A stretch of DNA of 64,000 bases from Thecamonas trahens ATCC 50062. Lineage: Eukaryota; Protista; Apusomonadida. The DNA lies in the NCBI RefSeq assembly GCF_000142905.1, contig NW_013657621.1:143021-207020 (forward strand). The letters run 5' to 3'. Both the position numbers and the translations under genes were made by a program. Of the stretch, positions 32,585 to 44,822 are shown piece after piece. Within the stretch, counting starts at the first letter, position 1. The number at the start of each line of letters is the position of its first letter. The notes under the pieces are model-generated. The model searched no databases. It was not told where the DNA came from and worked only from the letters and a program-made list of their open reading frames with translations.

Positions 32585-35500
32585 CTACGTGCTCGATGAA
32601 GCGGGGAGTCCAGAAGTGGTGGCTTCAGATGTGGCGGCAGCGTCCGAGTCTTCAGGTGCAGGAGGTGTGACGACGAGATCGCCAACGCGCTCGAGCTCGG
32701 CCTTGAGCTTGGCGATGATGATGGGCTTGGCCACAAAACCGTCCATGCCAGCGCCGAGACACTTTGCCTTGTCCTCGTCGGTGGCAAAGGCGGTGATGGC
32801 CACAATGGGAACGTGGAGCCGCGGGCCCGTGGGTTTGAGCCACTCGGGCAACGGCCAGTCGCGGGCGTGCTCTTCGGCGTCGCCGGCCTCGAGCGCGCGG
32901 ATGACACCCGTTGCCTCGAAACCGTCCATGATCGGCATGGAGATGTCCATGAGGATAGCATAGAAGCCCTGCGGCTCAGTGGCATGGAGATGTCCATGAG
33001 GATAGCATAGAAGCCCTGCGGCTCAGTGAGATAAGCAAGTACGCCATTACGCCCGATGAGCTTCTGATTGATGAGCGAGTCTTCGACAACGAGAACACGG
33101 CGCTTGGGCTCGGGCTCGGGCTCGGACAACGAGAACACGGCGCTTGGGCTCGGGCTCGGGCTCGGACTCGGGCTCGGGCTCGGGCTCGGGCTTGGTCTCG
33201 GACTCGGGCGAGATTTTGGGCGAGATGTCGAGTGAGGTCAGAGGCAGGGTCTCGTGCAAGGTCTCGTGCGAGGTCTTGGGCGAGTCGTTGGGAACCACGT
33301 GGAGGCTGGCGTCTGCAACGAGGTTGACTTCGTCGACCGGTACGAGTGTACCCGAGGGGCGGGAGCGGTTCGGTCCGCCGAGCTCGAGTGGCGAGTTGAG
33401 GGTGACGTCTGCGTGCGGCGGTGCGATGCCCATGACCGTGTTGCCGACGGCGTACAGGAGGTTGCGAAGGCGGACGGGACGCGGCAGGTAGCCGAACCGC
33501 TCACCGTCCTCGGCGGCGATGCTCTGGGTGGCCATGACGGTTGGTGCGGCAATGATGACCGGGAGCGGCATGCGGCGATGGCGCGAGATGCGGATCGAGG
33601 CGAGGAAAACGGTCATGTTGATAGAGAGAATGACGCCGGTCCGCCAGCCCCACTCGTCCATAGTGCTGATCGACCTGTTGGACTGCGGCAGCTGCGACGA
33701 CCACTGAAAGTTGGACTGCGACGCCTCGGTGACAAACGAGTCGACTGAAGCAGCCGACGCCGATGTAAACTGCGGTCGCGAGTGCAAGCCGTTGCTGGTG
33801 GTGGACAGCGCCGCCGAGGCTACCGACGAGACTGAGCCGGATTCGTCGAGCCGCCACAAGCGAACGATCTTGTTCGCCTCCTCTACGGTTGTGGCAAGCT
33901 CGGCAGTGATACCGGTCTCGCGCAGCATGGCAACAATGATACCACCGATGTGCGGGTTCTCGTCGACGACGAGGAGGCGAGTCTTTGGGATGGCATCACC
34001 GTAGTGGGCAAGGAGCTCGGCGACGTCGGCCTGCTGCTCATTGAGGGCAAGCGTCGAGAGGGTAAAGCCAAAGGTGGTGCCCTTGCCAGGCGTCGACCTG
34101 CAGTACATCTCACCGCCCATGAGGTTGACAAACTTCTTTGACAAACTTCTTGGAGATGGAGAGGCTGAGTTGAGCCCCGGTCGGCCTGGAAGAACGGCGT
34201 GAAGAGCTTTTCGACGTCGTCCTCGTCAATGCCGATGCCGGTGTCGGTGCACTCGACACGGATACGGGTGGGCGCGCCGGCACCACGCGGTGTCGCCACC
34301 GACGGCGCTGAAGAGCGAGCCGATGAGATGGCTGACGAGCGCGCCGACGAGCGCGCCGACGAGCACGCCGACGACGAGCCCACGACGGCAGGTGTCGCTG
34401 CGAGCGTCCGCCGCGACCGCGAAAGCGGCCTAGACACAGGGTAGCCATCATCATCGTCGGACACCACAAAGCGTGCGTTGACTGACGGCTTGGTGGCGTC
34501 CTGCTCGTGCTGGTCGTCCTGGTCGTCCTCGTGGCAAACGGTGATGACGACCTCGCCGCGCTGGGTGAACTTGATGGCGTTGGAGAGGAGGTTGGCCAGG
34601 ATCTGCGAGAGGCGCGTAGGATCACCATATAAACGGTCCGGCATCGAGAGCGGAACATGGGTGGCGAGGCGGAGCGACTTGGCCTGGGCGTTACCCTTGA
34701 CCATTTCGACGGCAGACTCGACAAGCTGACGAAGCGAAAACGCAATGTTGGTCCGCTCGATGACGCCACCGGCGTTGACCTTGGAAAAGTCGAGAATGTC
34801 CTGAATGATGGTGAGGAGAAGGTGCGACGACGACTCAAGAGCCTCGAGGCAGTCACGCTGCTCGCGGGTGAGCGCCGTGTCGAGCAGGATCTGAACGTTG
34901 CCGAGAACGCCGTTGAGCGGGTTGCGGAGCTCGTGCGAGAGGCGGGCGATAAAGGCGGATGTTGCCTCGGACGCACCCTCGCTCTTCTTCAGCTTGAGCT
35001 CGGTCTCCATGGCGTGGCGCTCGTGAGTGAGGTCACGAATGGACATGAGGTAGAGGTTGCCCTTAGCGGCCTCGGTCGACGCAATCGGCGAGCAGTGGAT
35101 CGAGAGGTAGTTACCGCCGATGGAGACCTCGACTTCGTCCCCCGAGCCAGAGGCAATGAGGTCGCGGAGACTGTAGATGGCGGCGATGACCTCGGGCATA
35201 GTCCCCCCCAGCCGGAGCAGGCAGTCGTGAAGTGTGACCGAGCCCGGCCACCGCGCATCGACGCCCTCGTCGTCAACCGAGCCCATCATCTGCTGCAGTC
35301 GGACGGTACCGGCGGTCCTGTCGAGCGGATCGAGCGAGTCGAGGTTCAGCTGCGGCAGATGGCGCTCGCGCGATGCGGCGCCGACCGACGATGTTGCCGT
35401 CGCAGGTCCCGACGTCGACGAAAGCGAGCACCGCCGTTCAAACGGCGACACGCTCTTTGTCGAACGACTTCCAGCCGAAAGCTTCACGCTCACAGAGTGC

Positions 35501-38500
35501 TTCGACTGGGACAAGCGGTGGCGCGATGCCCACGAGAGAGTCTGGGCACGTGAGGCCAGCACCTTCTGTTGGCCGTTCTCTCCACTGTCGCAACGACTTG
35601 CAGATGACAATGACTGAGAGTGGACGGGCTTGCGGCGATGCGGCTGACCGACGACAGAGAGCGACGACGAGATGGTAGCGAGTGGCATGAGTACATCGAC
35701 CGAATGCGCCGAACCACCCGAGGATGAAGAGTCTGTGTTCGACTCGATGTTGGCCATGGCCGACCGACCTGGCTTGGATGCCTCCAGCACCGACATCGAC
35801 TGCGAGAGGGCCGACTCAAGCGAGACGCGAGTGGACCGAGAAGTGCTCTTCTTGAGCGGGCGGGTTCGAGGGACTTGCGACGAGAGAGAGCCCGAACACG
35901 AGGGAGACGAGTGTAAAGCCATTGCATCCGGCGGTGGCGACGGTGACGGCGACGACGACGGCGACGCCGACAGTGATGACGATGGCGATGACGGCTCGTA
36001 GATGTATGAGCCGTGGGACGAGGTCGTGGAGGAGGAGCAAAACGACGACGAGGCTGGCACTGACGAGGCAGCCACCTTAGCACTGTCACATTCGATGCAG
36101 CACTCGGATGTAGAGCGGGAGAAGAGCGAAGATCCTGAGCCATGGATGCGAGAGCGGTTAGTTGAGAGTCTATGGGAGATGCCCGAGGCCGATGACGCAG
36201 CCGAGTTGGCACTGTAGAGGAGGTTAGTCGAAGCTCGGCGTGAGAGGCGACCCGCGCTGGCTCCGCGAGCGATGTCGCGCAGGGGCTTGTCACGAGAGGC
36301 AACAGTGGCGCGAGGAGTAGAGACGGACGAGAGGGAGAAGAGCGAATCCGAGTCCGAGGCGTTGGCAAAGACGCGTGGGGAAGCCTGGACGGTGCTGTAG
36401 GCCTTTCCGGCGAGAAGGCTCATGACTTGCTCGAGCGCATCCTCGGCCGATGCCGCGCCCGACATGGCTGCACGGGCCTGACCATAGATTCGGCGCATGT
36501 GGGAACGAGGCGTGACATGGCCAGTCGCGCGCGTTGCCGCTGGTGACTGTATGGCTGGTGCCGATGTGGCACTCGAGGCAGGGGCATGCGGTGGCAAGTC
36601 CGCACTCGTCAAGAGCGACATGGGAGTGGCAGTCTCGGCAAAGAGCAGCGGAATGTTGACCGACGGCGATGGGACAGATGCAGCACAGACACTCGACCTG
36701 CTGGCGGTGGCACTGCTCTTTCCAGAACGATCCAGCTGAAGTGACGAGTCGACGACGTGGCGTAGCTCGCTGGCAGAAGGAGGGGAAGCGGTAGCATTCC
36801 GGAACCGCTCTGCCGCTGACGGCGATGATGTTGGCGAAGATGATGACGACGTCGATGACGATGTTGAGCTTTCGCTCCTGCCGCTCGACGCGTGGCGCTT
36901 GAAGGAGACTACGTCCGACTCGCCGTATGAAGTGTAGCGGCGACGCGAGTACGCACTCACAAGTGATGAATCATTGAGATAGACCGTGGTAGAGTATGAG
37001 AACGAGTCAAGGGTACCACTTGAGTTGTCCAAGTTGGAACGGCGGGAGTGCGAGCTTCGTGCAGCGCGCGAGCCACGCTGCAGTGCAGTGGCAGAGATAC
37101 GAGGCAAGGCGACGGGTGCGTCGGTTCCGGGGACGCCTGGGACGCGTTGAGCGGCATCGAGTGTGAGTGAGGAGCGACGGCTGCGGCGCTGACGCGATGA
37201 GCGATGGCGGCTACGGCGCTTGTGCTCACGACGGGCAGTGAGGGCAACGGTGGCGAGTGTCGATGTTGGCTCAGGACTCGCCAGATTGGGCGAGGCATCC
37301 CCAGCGACAGGTGGCGAGTGGCTATGGAGAAACGAGGATAGGACGCCGCCGGAGACAGCCATGTCCTGCAAGACCATGGGGGAGAGAACGCCGCGCTCGA
37401 TGGTGCTGGTGCGTGCAGCGGACGACGACGATCTCAACGAGGCGGCTTGTAAGCCGCTTGCCGGCCTTGCGGAGCTGTGCGGGCTCGTCGGGGAGCTCAC
37501 GTCTGTGCTCGGCGAGGGAGAGGAAGATGGCGAAACCGAGACTTTTCGAGCATGCGACATTGCGCGCTTGGGAAGCTTGGACGCGAGCGAGTATTTTCGT
37601 GTCGACCCACGGTAGAGCGCTTTCACCACCTGCGGGTCGAGCGAGTCGGCCCGTGGCTGAGTCTTCTTGCGGGCGGCGGCCATGATGGCAGCTTCGCCCA
37701 GCGAGCGCGAGCGCTCGAGCGAAGGCGTGTTTCCACATGCAACCAACGAGTCGGTGTCGTTGACATCGACAGTGAGGCCAAGCGAGGATTCGGACCGGGA
37801 GGAGCAGGCGTCAGGATGGATTGAGAGGCGGGCGCGCGGTGGCGAGATTGGCGGAGATGTCGACGCCGTCGAGCTCGCTGCACCAGGCGATGCCCGGCGC
37901 GCACCGGAGAGAGCCGATAGGCGGCTGCTGTGGGAGGAGCGCCCCGAGTGCGGGGCGGACGAGCGGGCCAAGCTTCCGCTACCGAGCTCTCTGCAGGGCA
38001 ACGGGGTCATGCGGATGTCTGCAGAAGAGGGCTTGATGAGAAAAAGGTCAGGCCCGCGCGGAGCGACCGATCCGGAAGCGAGCGATGAGTGTGATGCGGT
38101 TCCGGACGATCGCAATCGCGACCGCGACCTCGACGTTGACGCTGACCGCGGCGACGACAGTGATGACGACGATGAGGCCGACGACGACATTGTCCCTTCA
38201 TAGTCGGAAGTCATGCAACCTGACTGATAGTCGTTCGAGAAGAAACGCTCAAACGCGCGGTTGACTGAAATGACACACATGCGGTCAAGGTTGTCAGCCG
38301 AGACGACGGCGAGCGGAATGGGGACCGACTCGATAACGGCTTCGGCAAAGTGCTGGGCTGCGAGGATGTCGAGCTGGACTTGGACTCGATCGGTGATGTC
38401 GACGCCGACGCAAAAGAGGCCGTCGACGTGCCCATCCGTACCAAAACGCGGCGTGATGTTGAGGACAATGGTACAGGCAGGTTCGAGCGCCGAGTTAGCG

Positions 38501-40374
38501 CCGGTGGTACACGAAGCGAGCGAAATGCTCTTGGCAGTAGGCGTGTTGTGCGCCGATTGGCGACCGGCGGGCCGCCACGCGGTCTGCTCCACAACGAGAC
38601 CGACGATTTGCAGGTTGTCAACGAGCGCAAGGTTGAGGATGTTGGCAAGAGTGAGGTCCTGGCCACGGGCGCGAAGCAGATTAGTCAGCTCTGAGCGTTG
38701 GGGCTCGGACAGTGGTGGCGAGTCGAAGATCGACCTGTCGTCATCATGCCATGAGGCCGAGGCCGAGGACAGCGGCGCACTCGTGCCTTCGACCTGATCC
38801 AGAACAGCCGAAGTTGACTGGGAAAACTTGGCCTGGGGAATGATGAGGCCGGTGACGTTACCATCGTGGACTTTTGGCTCAAAAACGCGAAAGATGCGGG
38901 TGAAGGCGTTGCCGACAGCGTCGGCGGCAGACACACATGTGAGGTCTGCGGCAGCCGAGTTCCACGAGACGATGGTAAACGAGGTATCAAGCATGGTGAC
39001 GATGCCACCGGTGCATGCCGCGAGCTGCGAGGAGTTGAACGAGGTAGTGAGCGCAATGCGCTGGTATGTCTCGGAGAAGAAGCCGAGGAGGCAGCCAAAG
39101 ACGACGATGACGACGATGACGACGGTGCCCTGAATGGCGCACGCAGAGGCGTGCGCGGCGACGGACCACGGACCTAGGGCGGGCGACGAGTGGTCAAGGA
39201 ACGGGGCATGCCAGATGTTGGCCCAGGCGAGAGCAAACTCGACGGTAGCGGCGAGCCAGATGACGGCGATCGTTTGAAGGCCAGTCATTATGATGCGAAT
39301 CCAGGAGAGGCAGAGGGTGGCGATGAGTGGGGTGAGAATGAGCGGCGACCAGACAATGTGAGCGACTCCGCCCTGGACAAACGAGCCACAGACGCAGATG
39401 AGCTCGATGGCGTAGATGAGTGCGGTTGCCGAGGAAGCGGCCGAGTCGGAGGTGGCAAGCATGGCGGTGAGGAGCGAGATGGAGAAGAGAGCGCGACCAG
39501 CGAGCCATGCCGGCGCGGCAGCGAGCCAGCCGATCGACTTGATGTCGGACGGCTCTGCAGAGAGCCAAGCTGGGCGGACGATGACGGGAACGACAAGCAT
39601 GGCTATGAGTATGACCCAGACAACAGTGACGATCTGGAGCTTCATGGCCTCGAGCGAGCCGAGCCACTCTGTTGAGGTCAGATTGTTGAGCGATGGCGGG
39701 CTGTAGGAGAAGAGCTTGCGGAAGAGAAACTGCGACGGCTTGTTGTCGAGCTTACGGAGCATGCTGAGGTACTTGGCGGCCGAGGCAGCGGTGTCGCGCT
39801 CGGCGCTGACCTTGGCTGCCGACTCGCCGAGCTGAACGCGGATGCGATCTAATGAGTGGAATGACGCCGAGAGCGAGCCCCGGCGCGTCGACCAGGACTT
39901 GCGCTTGTCTTCAAACATGCAAGAGATGGAGCCACTCTTTGATGCACAGACGCGTGAGGCCGAGGGTGTCAGGGCCGGTGGCGTGCTTGCACTTGTGGCT
40001 GTTCCCGCAACGGCGTCATCGCGGATCGAGTAGACTGAGAGCCCGCGTGGAAGGCGGGCAAACGACGAGGCGCCCGATCGGATGCTGGCCACCGAAGTGT
40101 TCGGTGAGGTCTTGGACGGCATTGCAGCCGTCCTACCACTTCGTGACGAGGAGTATCGATGACGGTCGAGTCGCGGCTCTCCGCCATGTGCGCCTGAGCT
40201 CGACTGGAGCATCTGTGCCGTCGACGTGAACCGCAGTCGCCCAGGCGTCACTGACCTCGCAGACGGCCATGGCTTTGACGGACGCGCTGTTGACGAGGTT
40301 CGGCTCTTGTCTGACTTGCGGAACGATGTGGCGTCTGGCGACTGCTCGCTGGCGAAAGGCGGCGAGTCGCGCAT
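32585..40374 (-). CDS. Hybrid sensor histidine kinase (multi-TM, PAS, HisKA, HATPase_c, pseudo-receiver, receiver); 3' part disrupted
   Basis: TM cluster, PAS (IVSWNSAAADLT; VGVDITDR), H-box FIARLSHELRNPLNGV, N-box LANLLSNAIKFT, G1 DTGIGI and F-box LFTPFFQAD. Receiver motifs VLVVEDSLINQ, ILMDISMPIMDG and MDGFVAKP. The frame is broken by short duplications at 34125-34150, 33085-33164 and 32934-33027. Confidence 0.88.
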
Positions 40375-40787
40375 AGCCGTCGTCGTTGCGATGGACCGAC
40401 ACCAGCGGAAGGCTTGAACGCAACAACAGGTGTAGTGCTTGAGGGGCAAGTAGTAGCGGGACTATGTATAGTCTCTGCCCGCCAGGCTCGTGATGGGTGT
40501 TGGCGAATGTCGTTCGTATGGGTCAACACAGGGTTGTTCGGTGTGTTTGCTGGTCAGGTTGTGCAGAGGTGCGGGTGTGTCGTCGAACATGCGGGCGGCG
40601 AACGTACCGATTGCGGGCCGGCGTGGCGAAGATTTTTTTTTTTGCCACTGCCGACGGATCGCCGGTTTCCTTTTGCCCTCGGCGGTGCACTTTGCAGTTG
40701 CGAGAGCGAGGAGACGGCGAGGAGGAGCGAGAGGAGCTTGGATCGAAGGATCGGGTGGTGGCTCACTTGTCTCGTACACATTGACGG

Positions 40788-41333
40788 ATGCTCGACGTGC
40801 TGCCTGCGGAGATTCTTTGCCATGTGGCTTTCAACATGGGGCTGTCAGCGCAAGACGTGGCGGCACTGGCGTGTGTGTCCACATGGACTGCGAGGGTGCT
40901 GACCGGGAGCGCGTACGTGGAGGCACGTCGGGCATCGCACGCGGGACTCGCGGCGTGTGCTGCGCAGGGAGCGTACCGTGCGGCGCGGATGGCGGTGGCG
41001 TATGCGCGGTATACTCGTGGGACGTGGACGACCGACGAGTTGTCATCGGCGCTGTGGACGGTGGCGGCCGATAGCCGCGGCGGAGCCGAGGCGGCGGCAC
41101 TGGCGGCGGCGCTGATCGCGGCGGCGACCGACAACGATGACGACTGCATGGTCTTTGCCGGCACAATGGCGATCCAAAGCGCAGCTATGGCCGGAAACAT
41201 CGACGTCCTGCGCGTCTTGCTCGAGTCGGACAAGTTTGATCCGAGTGCTGATGGCGAGTATGCGCTGTCCGAGGCCCGGATCCGCGGGCATGGGGCATGC
41301 GCGGCGCTGCTAGAAGCGGTTGGTAGCCGGTAG
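40788..41333 (+). CDS. F-box plus ankyrin-repeat protein
   Basis: F-box MLDVLPAEILCHVAF..DVAALACVS. Ankyrin-like AIQSAAMAGNIDVLRVLL..DPSADGEYALSEARIRGH. Confidence 0.8.
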   Translation: MLDVLPAEILCHVAFNMGLSAQDVAALACVSTWTARVLTGSAYVEARRASHAGLAACAAQGAYRAARMAVAYARYTRGTWTTDELSSALWTVAADSRGGAEAAALAAALIAAATDNDDDCMVFAGTMAIQSAAMAGNIDVLRVLLESDKFDPSADGEYALSEARIRGHGACAALLEAVGSR

Positions 41334-41491
41334 CGAGCAAGCGGGAGTGCGGGCGGCGGAGGTAAAGACTGCGACGGCGGGCGATGTGTAGGTGATGTGT
41401 GGCGGGTTACAGAAGGTGCGGGAGTCGCAGGTGCGTCGAGGTTGTGGGCGGGCGGTGTGTCGACCAGTCGACTTGGTGAAGGGGCAAAGAG

Positions 41492-42877
41492 ATGGCCGAG
41501 GACGAGTCGTTTTGCGAGGAAGACGAGGTCATGGCCCGCGTGCTGGGCCAGGGGTGGGACGAGGTGCTGGTGGCGGTGACGCGGGCGGTGGTGGTGGACG
41601 ACGGAGTGCGACACAATGCGCTGCAAAAGTCGCCGAATCCGTTTGTGGCCATCCTCATTCCAGCAACTCGCGGCAGCGGCGGGAATGGTGGCGGCGAGGG
41701 CGGTGACGGCGATGGGCACGACGATGGCCATGGTGATGACGGTGGCGCTGGCAGAGGTGTGCGGATTCCGCTCGGCCGCCGCGAGCGCAAGATGGCGCGC
41801 CGGGTTATGGAGAGCCTCGATGGCGATTGGGAGGTGATCATGGTCTCGTCGCGTCGGTTTGCCACGTACGAGCCGAGCTTTAAGGACGCAGCTGTGCGGA
41901 TGGTGGTGCCGGCAGCTGCGACGTCATCGATCCTGGTTGTGCTCGCGGACCACCACAAGATCAAAAAGTGCAAGATCTTTGGCTCGGGCCGGCTCGCTCT
42001 CCCGCCTACGGCGTCGAGCGAGCTGGCAGCGCCGGTCCGGCGCGGGACGTGGGTCCACATGACGCCTCTGGCGACACCCGATGCACCGCAGGCGGCAGCA
42101 GCGGCAGTAGCCGCGGCGCCACCGACGGAAGTTGAGCTCCCACCGGGCGCGACCGGCTCGGTCCGGGTCCACGTCACCCGGCGAGGTGTGGAGGCCGAGT
42201 CGACGGCGGCGGCGGCGGCACTGGGCGCGGCGCTGGCGGCAGCAGGCGATGGCGACGATCCGGTCGTTGTTCCACTGGACGAGTATGTGGGAGGTGGGGA
42301 TGACGGTGAGCTTGACGACTGTGAGTGGGACGAGGAGTGGGACGTGTATTCGAGCGACGACGGTGTGAGCGAGTGCGGCGGCGGCGGCGACGACGGCGAT
42401 GACGGGAGTGGCGACGAGAATGGCGGCGTCGTGAACGACGATGATGACGCCGAGCCGGACGAGCCGCTGACGCTGCTGAGCATTCTGTGGCCGTTTGGTG
42501 GGCTCTACGACTATCCCGAGGACACGCTTCGCGGCATCCGCGCGGCGCGGGTCCGGAGGGTCATGCTCCGGGCGGGAGTTCTTGTGTGGTGCATCTCGAT
42601 TGCGCTCCGGTTTGTGCACTGGCAGTTGTGGCTTGTCCTCACGGCAGCTTGTTCAATGGGCGCATGCGGAGTGGTCAAGCACCGCGGCAACGTCATCAAG
42701 TCGCTGGTCAAGCGATCGGTTCATCGCGGCAAAGGCGACATCCGGCAGTGGATTTCGACCAAGCTGGAGACGCGGCGGGCGGCGCGGGCGTTGCGCAAAG
42801 CGCGCAAGCGCGCTCGCAAGCGGGCACGATTCTGGGACCAGGCGCCGGCGATTGTGGTCAAGGCCAAGGCCGAGTGA
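41492..42877 (+). CDS. Hypothetical membrane protein (acidic linker, two C-terminal TM segments, basic tail)
   Basis: 461-aa ORF with GC3-rich codons and hydrophobic AGVLVWCISIALRFV and LWLVLTAACSMGACGVV. Confidence 0.7.
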   Translation: MAEDESFCEEDEVMARVLGQGWDEVLVAVTRAVVVDDGVRHNALQKSPNPFVAILIPATRGSGGNGGGEGGDGDGHDDGHGDDGGAGRGVRIPLGRRERKMARRVMESLDGDWEVIMVSSRRFATYEPSFKDAAVRMVVPAAATSSILVVLADHHKIKKCKIFGSGRLALPPTASSELAAPVRRGTWVHMTPLATPDAPQAAAAAVAAAPPTEVELPPGATGSVRVHVTRRGVEAESTAAAAALGAALAAAGDGDDPVVVPLDEYVGGGDDGELDDCEWDEEWDVYSSDDGVSECGGGGDDGDDGSGDENGGVVNDDDDAEPDEPLTLLSILWPFGGLYDYPEDTLRGIRAARVRRVMLRAGVLVWCISIALRFVHWQLWLVLTAACSMGACGVVKHRGNVIKSLVKRSVHRGKGDIRQWISTKLETRRAARALRKARKRARKRARFWDQAPAIVVKAKAE

Positions 42878-42897
42878 GCTGGCTGCGTTGAGTCCTG

Positions 42898-44289
42898 CTA
42901 CGGCATGATGTGGACGCCGTTGACACCGACGACGAAGAGAGCGAGGAGGGCGGCGAGAAGGAGCAGGTCGCGAGCGAGCGAGGCGGCGGCGGCGCGAAGA
43001 GGGTTGCCACACACGCCTAGGCTCAGCGCCTTGAGGACGAGAGTCGGCATCATAAAGTACCGCGGCTCGATGAGGCCTGCGGGGACAGTGGCGCCGAGTG
43101 TGGCAGCGAGCCAGAGCAGACCCCAGCTTGGACGGCGCATGGCGGCAAAGGAGCGGCAGACGGCGAGGCCAGCAGCAGCGTAGAGAGGGACAAGTGCGAG
43201 GCGGACGCCAGGCCCGCGCGAGAGTACCCGCTTCCACAGGTAGAACGGGAGGTGCGAGTTGTCAGCGAGGAGGTAGCGGTGGGCGAGAGTGCCATAGGCG
43301 ACGGCGAGCGCGGCGGCGGCAGCGAGCGCGGCGGCGGCTGAAAGCGTCTGCCAGCGAGCGAGCCATGAGCAGAGTGAGCGACGGGTGGGCCAGCCGGCGA
43401 GCTCAAGCTCGGGGACAGCGAGCGCGGCGACGGTGGCGAGGGCGTATGCGGCGTTGGCGGCGTGGAAGACCGGCTGGTGGGCAGACTTGTCGCCGACCAC
43501 CAGCGCGCCGTCGTTGTGGACGACAAAGGCAACAAAGAGGCCAACGTCGACAAGATACGGGCCTGCGATGGTGACGACGACCTTATATGGGCAGCGGACG
43601 AGGGTGGCGAGCGTCCCGAGCACGTCGTCGACCAGGCTGGGGTCGTCAGTATCGAGGCGCGAGTCGCGTGCGTCGGCGCGGAGGTGCTCGATGACGCCGA
43701 CGCCACCACAGAAAAGAACCCACACAATGTTGTTTTGGCGGACAGCCATGGCGGCGACGCCGGCAAGTGCAGCCAGAAGATGGCGGCGATGCAGCGCGGC
43801 GGCGAGCATGGCGAGCACCATGGTCGCCGAAGGCACATCAGTGTAGTACAGGAGAGCGTAGAAGGCGTGGAAGGGAGAGGCAGCAACAGAAGCACCGACT
43901 ACAGCCCACACGCTCAGCGGGAGTCGCTGGGCGTGATGAGACTTGCCAGGAGGCGAGACGACGCGACGAGCAGCAGCAGCTACAAGGGCGGCGATGAGAA
44001 GATTGATGACAACAAGAGCAGCCGAGAGGGCCCTGAGAGAGAACAGATTGTGGCAATCGATGAGCGAGAGCCGAGCGAGAGCCACCGCCAGTAGATAGGT
44101 ACCAGGGAGAGTGGTGATCATGGGATCCCACTTGTGGTACTCGCCCGAGCAGTAGACAGAGGTCTGAGGGTGGTGGAAGAGCTCGTCCATGTGGGGTTGA
44201 GGGAGCGCAGCATTGACCCAATGTCCTGCTGTGGCCACGGCCGCCACAGCACCGCCCACTACAGAGAGGGCCACAACAGTGGGGTGCAT
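42898..44289 (-). CDS. ALG10: Dol-P-Glc alpha-1,2-glucosyltransferase ALG10/DIE2
   Basis: Motifs PHMDELFHHPQTSVYC, WDPMITTLPG, LYYTDVPS, RQNNIVW, VVGDKSAH, HRYLLADNSHLPFYLW and IEPRYFMMP. Confidence 0.96.
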   Translation of the reverse strand: MHPTVVALSVVGGAVAAVATAGHWVNAALPQPHMDELFHHPQTSVYCSGEYHKWDPMITTLPGTYLLAVALARLSLIDCHNLFSLRALSAALVVINLLIAALVAAAARRVVSPPGKSHHAQRLPLSVWAVVGASVAASPFHAFYALLYYTDVPSATMVLAMLAAALHRRHLLAALAGVAAMAVRQNNIVWVLFCGGVGVIEHLRADARDSRLDTDDPSLVDDVLGTLATLVRCPYKVVVTIAGPYLVDVGLFVAFVVHNDGALVVGDKSAHQPVFHAANAAYALATVAALAVPELELAGWPTRRSLCSWLARWQTLSAAAALAAAAALAVAYGTLAHRYLLADNSHLPFYLWKRVLSRGPGVRLALVPLYAAAGLAVCRSFAAMRRPSWGLLWLAATLGATVPAGLIEPRYFMMPTLVLKALSLGVCGNPLRAAAASLARDLLLLAALLALFVVGVNGVHIMP

Positions 44290-44361
44290 ATCTCTGTGCG
44301 TGCGCGGGGCGGGGTGTGGGAGGGAGGGAGGGAGGGGGAGGGGTGTGTGAGGGCGAAGCAC

Positions 44362-44403
<42 letters not shown>

Positions 44404-44474
44404 ATACCACCATCATCATCACCTTATCACCAATGTAACCATGTCCATCACAGCCACACCCTGTAATCCCCCTG

Positions 44475-44728
44475 NNNNNNNNNNNNNNNNNNNNNNNNNN
44501 NNNNNNNNNNNNNNNNNNNNNNNNNNNNNNNNNNNNNNNNNNNNNNNNNNNNNNNNNNNNNNNNNNNNNNNNNNNNNNNNNNNNNNNNNNNNNNNNNNNN
44601 NNNNNNNNNNNNNNNNNNNNNNNNNNNNNNNNNNNNNNNNNNNNNNNNNNNNNNNNNNNNNNNNNNNNNNNNNNNNNNNNNNNNNNNNNNNNNNNNNNNN
44701 NNNNNNNNNNNNNNNNNNNNNNNNNNNN
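44475..44728. other. Assembly gap (N)
   Basis: Run of N. Confidence 1.
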
Positions 44729-44822
44729 ACATTCCACCACCACCACCCGCCACTCGCCTATTCGCCTACTTCCCACCACCTCTCTCTCTCCCGCCCCCCC
44801 CCCCACCCCACCCCACCCCAAC

